Assembly (NCBI RefSeq): GCF_003231495.1
Contig: NZ_PQWO01000005.1
Coordinates: forward strand, 60,001-92,000
DNA: 32,000 nucleotides
Direction of reading: 5' to 3'
DNA from: Acaryochloris thomasi RCC1774
GTDB taxonomy: Bacteria; Cyanobacteriota; Cyanobacteriia; Thermosynechococcales; Thermosynechococcaceae
Shown here: positions 10,601 through 17,502 of the stretch, piece after piece
Layout of the letters: each line of letters starts with the position of its first letter
How positions within the stretch are numbered: position 1 is the first letter of the stretch
The notes under the pieces: model-generated
What the model was told of the DNA's origin: nothing
The model's database searches: none
Seen by the model: only the letters and a program-made list of their open reading frames with translations
Made by a program: the position numbers and the translations under genes

Positions 10601-12617
10601 CGGCGATGGAATTGATGATGTCGTCATTGGTGCCCCCAACGGAGATCCGAATGATCTCGTAACATCTAACGGCATTGGACAAAGCTTTGTCGTGTTTGGA
10701 AGCAGCGAGGATTTTAGCACCCGTCTTAATGTTGACGACCTCAACGGCAGTAATGGTTTTGTTCTCAATGGTTTTGCCGTCAATGGCGAAGTCGGGACTG
10801 CCGTGGGGCGCGCTGGAGATATCAACGGTGACGGGATTGAGGATTTAGCAATTGGCGCGCCAGAAACTGTCTTTCTAGACGGCAGCAGACCCAATAGAGC
10901 CGGTCAGACCTACATTATATTTGGGACAACAGCGGGATTCGCATCAGACCTCAGCTTGGCAGACCTAGACGGCAGCAATGGTTTCACGATTAATGGAACC
11001 AATAGCGGTGACATGCTGGGCACCTCTGTTAGCAGTGCCGGAGATATCAACGGCGATGGGATTGAGGATCTCTTACTTGGCGCACCCAATGGCGGCACCC
11101 GTGCCAATAGCTATGGCTATGGTCGCCGCGCCGCGAGTGAGCCAGGTACAAGTTATGTCATCTTTGGAGATGCTGCAGGGTTTGATGCCAGCCTTGATGT
11201 CGCTGACTTAGACGGCAGCAACGGCTTAAAAATCCCCGGCATTGCTGCAGGAGACGGTGCCGGTGAATCAGTCAGCAGCGCCGGAGATATTGATGGTGAC
11301 GGACTGGACGATTTAATCATCGGGGCACCGTTTGCGGGTCCATCAATCACCCGAACGATCTCAACCTATGACGGCAGTACGTTCGAGACGACCTACAGCA
11401 ATAGCCGTGGCGAAAGTTATGTCATCTTTGGCAATGTCGCACCGGAACTAGATTTAAATGGATCTGAGTCTGGCATAGATTTTGTGACCACTTTTGATGG
11501 CAGTAGGGCCGCATCTTTGGGTCGTGACCTCAGCTTGTCCGACAACAAAAATCGCTTGATTGGCGCAACAGTGTTCATTACCAACCCTGTAGACAGCGAA
11601 GCAGAAGTTCTGGCAGCTCAAGTCGAGGGCACAAATATCTCCGCTACATACGCTGCTGACTCAGGTATCTTGACCCTCAGTGGAGAAGATACGATTGAGA
11701 ACTACCGGCAGGTCCTACAAACCGTTACCTACAGCAACACATCAAATAATCCTGACACCACAGATCGCACGATTCAATTCGTTGTGAATGATGGATCACA
11801 CTTCAACAATTTCAGCACTGTCGCTACCGCCACAATTACCTTTGAGTCACTCAATCAGATTGACGGCACAAATACTAATGATCAGCTGGTTGGGACGCGT
11901 GACGCTGATCGAATTATTGGCTTCGGCGGCAATGACTTCATCACCGGACGCTCGGGCAATGACAGGTTAGCAGGGCGCTCCGGAAACGATCGGGTCTTTG
12001 GGGAGCAAGGCAATGACATCCTCAACGGCAATCGGGGTGATGACTTGTTGAATGGCGGCAGCGGGAACGATCTCCTCAGAGCCGGCAAAGGTAAGGATAA
12101 GCTCTTCGGCAGCCGAGGAGACGATATTCTCCAAGGCCATGACGGGGACGATTTTCTCAGTGGTGGCTTGGGCAATGATAGTCTCAATGGCGGCAGCGGT
12201 CTCGATCTGTTGAGTGGCGGCAGCGGCGATGATTTCCTCAAAGGGTTCAAGGGTGATGATCGGCTGTTTGGTGGGGTCGGCGACGATACGCTGCGCGGCG
12301 GCAATGGCGTAGACCTACTCCAGGGCGGGCAGGGTAATGACCGGCTTGACGGTGGCTTCGGAGACGACAGCCTATTTGGCGGTGCAGGTGTCGATCAGTT
12401 CGTGCTGCGGGCAGGGGACGGTAAAGACACCATTTTTGACTATCAAGATGGCATTGATTCTTTAGGGCTAGATGGTCTAGATTTTACTGATCTTGAAATT
12501 CTTCAAGGAGCGGGACAGACAACGATTCAGATCCAAGAGACCCAAAAAACTTTGGCAATTTTGCAGAACGTACAGGCATCAATTATCGAAGACACTGATT
12601 TTACTGTTCTGACTTGA
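7638..12617 (+). CDS. Giant double FG-GAP propeller / cadherin-like / RTX calcium-binding protein, paralog C (~1659 aa)
   Basis: The ORF track starts at TTG 7620. ATG 7638 (MDSIIIQASDLDGSNGF) leaves exactly 9 residues before the DL(D/N)G motif of blade 1, as in B and D, so it is preferred. Propeller 1 is 7638-9104, module 1 is 9105-9515, cadherin/VCBS-like is 9516-9830, propeller 2 is 9831-11438, module 2 is 11439-11843 and RTX is 11925-12410. Confidence 0.9.
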   Translation: MDSIIIQASDLDGSNGFIISGINTNDQTGFSVSAAGDFNGDGIGDLIIGAPAANAQNSLGKSYVVFGQSTGFNASLDLATLDGSNGFVLNGVEAGDYSGFAVSSADVNGDGFDDVIIGSSGPYFNAPGAKTHVVFGQAGPFSANVDLSDLDGSNGFLFNGNVVANFPGTSVRGAGDINGDGLEDVIIGASGANDDVGESYVIFGQTEAFSASFGVSDLNGSNGFVINGTTTRGNFGWSVSGAGDVNGDGFDDLIIGAISGGRGGRGRSHIVFGQAAAFAPTFDITSLNGTNGFVLTDGGSFSVSSAGDINNDGFDDFVVGARDDGEDGRSYVIFGDAEIGASGSLSLTALNGSNGFAINGSSTFSGESGYSVSGIGDVNGDGIDDLLIGDPSADPDNGSLLGILEGQSYVVFGRTDGFSASLDLAALSGDEGFVIDGTDAYDNLGFSVSGAGDVNGDGINDIIVGAPGADVSNGQGSEVGEGYVIFGNAAPQLDLNGGSTGINFEAVFEGNAVAIANHFNLSLTDPNNTSLVGATIEITNAINGAAEGLAVDTQGTNITASYDAETGTLTLTGEDTVTQYQQALRTLTYNNSVANANTTDRLIEVTVDDGGAFSNVSAIATATVTFAPDLPNLLPNATDDNITTANSGPITIDLLANDSDPNADAIKVVEIDTSNTRGAVSLNDEGTVTYNPPPAFAAIPPGISLTDSFGYTIEDDLGGQSTATATLTVAGSTIPSTLDLANLNGNNGFTINGVSAEDYTGHSVSSAGDINGDGFDDVIIGESEFKRGYSDRFRSGKSYVVFGNQQTFEPALDLSNLDGSNGFVLDGIAVGPRGLAVSDAGDINGDGLDDLLIGAPNAGPNPGSDGAAFSGQAYVVFGTTEGFAPNVDLPGLNGQNGFIINSMGDYDLLGTSVSNAGDVNGDGIDDLIVGPLRSDQYYSGESYVIFGRTEGFSSTLSLADLNGNNGFIINSNGRELYDASVSSARDINGDGIDDVVIGAPNGDPNDLVTSNGIGQSFVVFGSSEDFSTRLNVDDLNGSNGFVLNGFAVNGEVGTAVGRAGDINGDGIEDLAIGAPETVFLDGSRPNRAGQTYIIFGTTAGFASDLSLADLDGSNGFTINGTNSGDMLGTSVSSAGDINGDGIEDLLLGAPNGGTRANSYGYGRRAASEPGTSYVIFGDAAGFDASLDVADLDGSNGLKIPGIAAGDGAGESVSSAGDIDGDGLDDLIIGAPFAGPSITRTISTYDGSTFETTYSNSRGESYVIFGNVAPELDLNGSESGIDFVTTFDGSRAASLGRDLSLSDNKNRLIGATVFITNPVDSEAEVLAAQVEGTNISATYAADSGILTLSGEDTIENYRQVLQTVTYSNTSNNPDTTDRTIQFVVNDGSHFNNFSTVATATITFESLNQIDGTNTNDQLVGTRDADRIIGFGGNDFITGRSGNDRLAGRSGNDRVFGEQGNDILNGNRGDDLLNGGSGNDLLRAGKGKDKLFGSRGDDILQGHDGDDFLSGGLGNDSLNGGSGLDLLSGGSGDDFLKGFKGDDRLFGGVGDDTLRGGNGVDLLQGGQGNDRLDGGFGDDSLFGGAGVDQFVLRAGDGKDTIFDYQDGIDSLGLDGLDFTDLEILQGAGQTTIQIQETQKTLAILQNVQASIIEDTDFTVLT
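9177..9184. repeat. HIP1 palindrome GCGATCGC
   Basis: Exact match (ttGCGATCGCaa). Confidence 0.9.
9489..9496. repeat. HIP1 palindrome GCGATCGC
   Basis: Exact match. Confidence 0.9.
11925..12410 (+). repeat. RTX block of paralog C: 18 contiguous nonapeptide repeats
   Basis: GGNDFITGR SGNDRLAGR ... FGDDSLFGG AGVDQFVLR. Same count and register. Confidence 0.9.
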
Positions 12618-12694
12618 GAAATATTTAAAATCACTCAATCGATTGTTTTCATTACTGTCCCCTCAGGCCTCTAACTTCAACCCAGATAACAGCT

Positions 12695-15600
12695 ATGGCT
12701 AATTCAACCTTCAACCTCTCAGACCTCAACGGCAATAACGGATTCTCACTCAATAGTCGTGGCCCCAGCTCCTTTGATCAGAGAACACTCTCGGTTAGCG
12801 GTGCAGGAGATATTAACGGAGACGGAATCGACGATCTAATTATTGGAAATGCCAACGTTGGCGACCCATATGATGGCGGAGAAAGCTACGTTGTCTTTGG
12901 CCGCTCTGATGGCTTCAGTGCTAGCGTTAGTCCAGCTAGTTTAGACGGCAGTAATGGTTTTATTGTTCGAGGGGATGAACGAGGAGATCAGGCTGGCTCT
13001 ACTGTCAGTGGCGTAGGCGACATCAATAGCGACGGTATTGATGACGTCCTGATTGGCGTACCCGGTCGTGATACCAGCTACGTTCTCTTCGGTCAACGTG
13101 GCAGCTTTGACGCCAGCATCAGCCTGTCGCAGATTGATGGAACAAACGGCTTTGTCATTGAAGGTAGCGCTTTCCTAGACAGTGTTGGTGACGTCAATAA
13201 TGATGGCGTTGATGACTTAATTGTTCGGGATACATCTAACAGCACAAACTTTGTGATATTCGGAAATCGTCAGGGGTTTAGCACATCCTTTGATGTGACG
13301 ACCCTCAACGCCAATGATGGTTTCGCTGTGCAGGGAGAAGATATCCGCACCCTCTCAGTGAGCGATGCTGGAGACGTCAACGGAGATGGCATTGACGATC
13401 TCATTATTGGCACAAGTCGTACCCGCAATTCTGTCCCTGCAGAAGAAAGTCACGTCATTTTCGGGAGTGGTCAAGGATTTGATGAAACGCTTCGCCTCGA
13501 AGACTTAGATGGCAGCAACGGATTCACTATTAACGGGATTGACGCCTTTGATAGCGCTGGCTATTCGGTGAGTGGGGCAGGCGATTTTAACGGTGACGGC
13601 ATTGACGATCTCATTATCGGTGCGCCGAGGGCTAATCCCAACAACACTGCAGCAGCAGGTGAGAGCTATCTTGTTTTGGGCAGCAATCAGGGATTTGAGG
13701 CAGATTTTGATCTTGCAAACCTTGATGGCACAAACGGTTTCGTCATTAGTAGCGCTAGCATCGCTGACTCTTCAGGTACATCTGTTAGTAGCGCTGGCGA
13801 TATCAACGGTGATGGGTTCGACGACCTTTTAATCGGCGCTCCTCAAGTTCGGTCGCCAGACAACTATCTGACCTTTGGCTACGGCCCAGGTGTAAGCTAC
13901 GTCGTCTTTGGCTCTGGGGCTCCATTTAAAGCAGAGCTTGATCTTGCCGAGCTTGACGGCAGCAACGGTTTTTCAATTCTGGGCGTTGCGCCGACCAATG
14001 CTAAATATTCTTCTGTTAATCAGGCTGGAGATATCAACGGTGATGGCATTGATGATCTCGCCATTGGTGTGCCCTACAAAGACAGGGGCACAGGCTATGT
14101 CGTCTTTGGCAATATTGCTCCAGAGGTAGATCTCAATGGTTCAGAGGATGGGCGTGATATTGCGGTTAACTTCTCTGGTGGTCCTGCTCAAGTTTTTGAA
14201 GATACAACCATTGTCTTATCCGATCCAAATTCTCCTGTACTGACAGGCGTCACCGTTAGCATTGCCAACCTTCTCGATGGTGATGCAGAGGTACTCTCTG
14301 TAGATGCCGGTGGAACCAATATCAGCGCTGACTTTGATCCTACTCTTGGCATCCTCACGCTCAGCGGTAGCGAGACTCAAGATGCCTATCAACAGGTTCT
14401 GGCAACGCTCACCTACAACAATACGGCGATCAATCCAAATGAGACGGCTCGACGGCTGCGAGTGGTGGCAGACGATGGCGAAGCACATAGCAATACAGGG
14501 AATGCTGCGATTGTCTCCGTTGTTTTTCCTCCGGGTGAGCCTAACCTGTCTCCTGAGGCGACGGATGACACGGTCATAACCTTAGAAAATTCCCCCATCA
14601 CCTTCAACGTTTTCGATAACGATAGCGATGCAAATAGCGATGCGTTAACGCTTGTGGGTGTTGATGTTAGCGGTACCCGTGGGTCAGTCATTGATCAGGG
14701 TAACGGTACCCTCACCTATGATCCCAGCGGTGCGTTCGATTTTCCTGCGCCCGGTGTTACATTCACCGATCGCTTTGAGTACACGGTCAGTGATGGTCAA
14801 GGGGGACTGGATACAGCGGCAGTAACGGTAACGGTTAGGGGAGGATCCACCGCCACTTTGGAGCTTTCTAGCTTAAATGGCCGCAATGGCTTTGTGATCA
14901 ATGGCCTACAGGAGGGCGATCTTCTAGGCAGTGCCGTTAGCGGTGCTGGCGATATCAACGGAGATGGAATTGACGATCTAGCTGTCAGTCTTCAAGGTCA
15001 GTCAGGGAATGAAAGCTACATCATCTTTGGTCAAGAATCAGAATTATTCGAAACCTTCGATCTAGCGACGCTTGATGGCAACAATGGTTTCTCTTTTTCA
15101 GGCACCTCGTCCGGTCGCTTTAATCCTTCCATTGGCAGTGCTGGAGACATCAACGGGGATGGCTTCGACGATCTGGTTATCGGTGATCAGAATGCAGATT
15201 TCGGGAATGACGCATTTTACTATCCTCGAACAGGTGCAGCCTATATCGTTTTTGGCAGTGATCAGGGTTTCAATGCCAGTCTTGAAGTAAGTGATCTTAA
15301 TGGCGCTAACGGTTTTATTATTCCTGGGTTTAAAGAGCCTGGTGCGATAGGAGGCTCTGTCAGTGGAGGAGATTTCAATGGTGATGGCATAGATGATCTG
15401 ATTATCAGAGGTCCAGGAGATATTGAATCTGATTTCAGGGGCGGTTTTCGACTAGGGGAAAGCTACGTCGTATTTGGTCAATTAGATGGCTTTGACTCCA
15501 GCTTTGACCTCACGACCCTTGATGGTACCAATGGTTTTCTAATTGCAGGCCTAGAAGATCCAATGGAGGTATCCACAAGCGATATTAACGGAGACGGTTT

Positions 15601-17497
15601 TTCTGACATCATTATTGGTGATACTCGGCGTCCTTACTACGGAAGTAAGACAGGCAGAGCATACGTTGTCTTTGGCGATGGGAATGCCTTCAATGCCAGC
15701 GTCGACGTTGCTGATTTAGATGGCTCTAATGGCTTCGTTGTTGAAGGCTTGTTCCGCGGTGATCAAACAGGGTTCTCAGTTAGTGGCACCGAAGATATCA
15801 ACGGAGACGGCATTGATGATTTGATTGTGGGTGCTATTGGCAGCCCCAATACTGGACAGAGCTATGTTGTCTTTGGCAACACTGGCGGGTTTGATGCTAG
15901 CTTTGACCTCGCGGATCTTGATGGTACCAATGGATTTGTCATTGCAGGTATCAATCGTGGTGATTCTGCTAGTGTCTCTGTTAGTGGGGCGGGTGACGTC
16001 AACGGCGACGGTCTCAGCGACCTGATTATTGGAGCGAGTCGAGCCGATTCAAATGGCAACGAAGACAGCGGTGAGGCTTATTTTGTCTTTGGACAAGCAG
16101 AAGGATTTGCGTCGACCCTCAATCTTGGAGATCTAAATGGTCTCAATGGCGTTGTCTTAAATGGTGTTGCAGCTGGCGATTTGACAGGCCGCTCAGTCAG
16201 TGGCGCTGGAGATATCAACAATGACGGCATTGATGATGTCCTGGTGAGCGCGCCAGAGGCGGATTCGAATGGTAACAATGCGGGTGCCAGTTATGTTGTG
16301 TATGGCAATGCTGCGCCAGAGCTAGATCTCAATAGCGAGCAAGCAGGCAACAGCTTTACCACCACTTTTATGGGTGAATCGGTCTCAATCGCTAGCAGCG
16401 ATAGTCTCACAATTGCAGATGCTAACGACGCAACGCTTGCAGGAGCCGTCATTGCGCTTACCAATCCGCTAGATAATGAGGCAGAAGTCCTGACAGCTGT
16501 TGTCGATGGTACAAACATCACGGCTAGTTATGACAGTACAAGCTCAACGTTGACGCTTGATGGCGAAGATACGACGGGGAACTATCAGCGGGTACTACGC
16601 ACGGTTACGTACGACAACTCCGCAAATCAGCCCAGCCTTGACGATCGTATTGTTCAGTTTGTGCTCGACGATGGGGCAGCGTTCAGCAATACCAGCGCAG
16701 TCGCCACGACAACGGTTTCATTCGAGCGATTCAATCGGATTGACGGTACAAATGATGCAGATCGACTTGTGGGCACCCAAGAAGCAGACAGAATTATCGG
16801 CTTGGGCGGCAATGATTTCATCTCTGGGCGTTCTGGAGATGATTCTCTAGCGGGCAAAGCTGGAAATGATCAAATATTTGGCGGTCAGGGCAATGACTTC
16901 CTCAATGGCAATCGGGGTGACGACTTCCTCAATGGCGGCAGCGGAGACGATCTCTTGAGAGCCGGAAAAGGTAGAGATGCACTCTTCGGCAATCAGGGCA
17001 ACGATATCCTGCGAGGTAATGAAGGGGACGATATCCTTAATGGTGGTTCAGGCAATGACAGCCTCAATGGCGGCAGTGGCTCGGATTTATTGAGTGGCGG
17101 CAGCGGCGATGATTTTCTTAAAGGGTTCAAGGGTGACGACCAACTGTTCGGCGGAGTCGGCAACGATACGCTGCGCGGCGGCAATGGTATAGACCTACTT
17201 CAGGGCAGTCAGGGCAATGACAGACTTGACGGCGGTTTCGGAGGCGACAGTCTCTTTGGCGGTGCTGGGGCTGATCAGTTTGTGCTGCGGATAGGCAACG
17301 GCAACGACACCGTTTTTGATTATCGAGATGGCATTGATTCTCTAGTGCTGGATGGTCTAGAGTTTGCTGATCTTGAGATTCTCCAAGGTCGTGGACGATC
17401 CACAATCCAGGTTGCATCGACAGAGGAAGCCCTGGCAACGCTGGTGGGTATCCAAGCCAGCAGTGTTGATCCAACAGATTTTATGTCCTTGACCTAG
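12695..17497 (+). CDS. Giant double FG-GAP propeller / cadherin-like / RTX calcium-binding protein, paralog D (1600 aa)
   Basis: 4803-nt ORF with an ATG start (MANSTFNLSDLNGNNGF) and no leader peptide. Propeller 1 is 12695-14116, module 1 is 14117-14533, cadherin/VCBS-like is 14534-14842, propeller 2 is 14843-16312, module 2 is 16313-16723 and RTX is 16805-17290. Colinear with B along its whole length. Confidence 0.92.
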   Translation: MANSTFNLSDLNGNNGFSLNSRGPSSFDQRTLSVSGAGDINGDGIDDLIIGNANVGDPYDGGESYVVFGRSDGFSASVSPASLDGSNGFIVRGDERGDQAGSTVSGVGDINSDGIDDVLIGVPGRDTSYVLFGQRGSFDASISLSQIDGTNGFVIEGSAFLDSVGDVNNDGVDDLIVRDTSNSTNFVIFGNRQGFSTSFDVTTLNANDGFAVQGEDIRTLSVSDAGDVNGDGIDDLIIGTSRTRNSVPAEESHVIFGSGQGFDETLRLEDLDGSNGFTINGIDAFDSAGYSVSGAGDFNGDGIDDLIIGAPRANPNNTAAAGESYLVLGSNQGFEADFDLANLDGTNGFVISSASIADSSGTSVSSAGDINGDGFDDLLIGAPQVRSPDNYLTFGYGPGVSYVVFGSGAPFKAELDLAELDGSNGFSILGVAPTNAKYSSVNQAGDINGDGIDDLAIGVPYKDRGTGYVVFGNIAPEVDLNGSEDGRDIAVNFSGGPAQVFEDTTIVLSDPNSPVLTGVTVSIANLLDGDAEVLSVDAGGTNISADFDPTLGILTLSGSETQDAYQQVLATLTYNNTAINPNETARRLRVVADDGEAHSNTGNAAIVSVVFPPGEPNLSPEATDDTVITLENSPITFNVFDNDSDANSDALTLVGVDVSGTRGSVIDQGNGTLTYDPSGAFDFPAPGVTFTDRFEYTVSDGQGGLDTAAVTVTVRGGSTATLELSSLNGRNGFVINGLQEGDLLGSAVSGAGDINGDGIDDLAVSLQGQSGNESYIIFGQESELFETFDLATLDGNNGFSFSGTSSGRFNPSIGSAGDINGDGFDDLVIGDQNADFGNDAFYYPRTGAAYIVFGSDQGFNASLEVSDLNGANGFIIPGFKEPGAIGGSVSGGDFNGDGIDDLIIRGPGDIESDFRGGFRLGESYVVFGQLDGFDSSFDLTTLDGTNGFLIAGLEDPMEVSTSDINGDGFSDIIIGDTRRPYYGSKTGRAYVVFGDGNAFNASVDVADLDGSNGFVVEGLFRGDQTGFSVSGTEDINGDGIDDLIVGAIGSPNTGQSYVVFGNTGGFDASFDLADLDGTNGFVIAGINRGDSASVSVSGAGDVNGDGLSDLIIGASRADSNGNEDSGEAYFVFGQAEGFASTLNLGDLNGLNGVVLNGVAAGDLTGRSVSGAGDINNDGIDDVLVSAPEADSNGNNAGASYVVYGNAAPELDLNSEQAGNSFTTTFMGESVSIASSDSLTIADANDATLAGAVIALTNPLDNEAEVLTAVVDGTNITASYDSTSSTLTLDGEDTTGNYQRVLRTVTYDNSANQPSLDDRIVQFVLDDGAAFSNTSAVATTTVSFERFNRIDGTNDADRLVGTQEADRIIGLGGNDFISGRSGDDSLAGKAGNDQIFGGQGNDFLNGNRGDDFLNGGSGDDLLRAGKGRDALFGNQGNDILRGNEGDDILNGGSGNDSLNGGSGSDLLSGGSGDDFLKGFKGDDQLFGGVGNDTLRGGNGIDLLQGSQGNDRLDGGFGGDSLFGGAGADQFVLRIGNGNDTVFDYRDGIDSLVLDGLEFADLEILQGRGRSTIQVASTEEALATLVGIQASSVDPTDFMSLT
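16805..17290 (+). repeat. RTX block of paralog D: 18 contiguous nonapeptide repeats
   Basis: GGNDFISGR SGDDSLAGK ... FGGDSLFGG AGADQFVLR. Same count and register. Confidence 0.9.
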
Positions 17498-17502
17498 CCA
17501 AC

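Noticed and set aside
1-17497. Whether the giant-gene array is a mobile or horizontally acquired island.
   Set aside because: No transposase, integrase, tRNA attachment site or flanking direct repeats are visible in the window, and HIP1 sites occur inside the array. The left boundary is outside the window, so this cannot be settled here.
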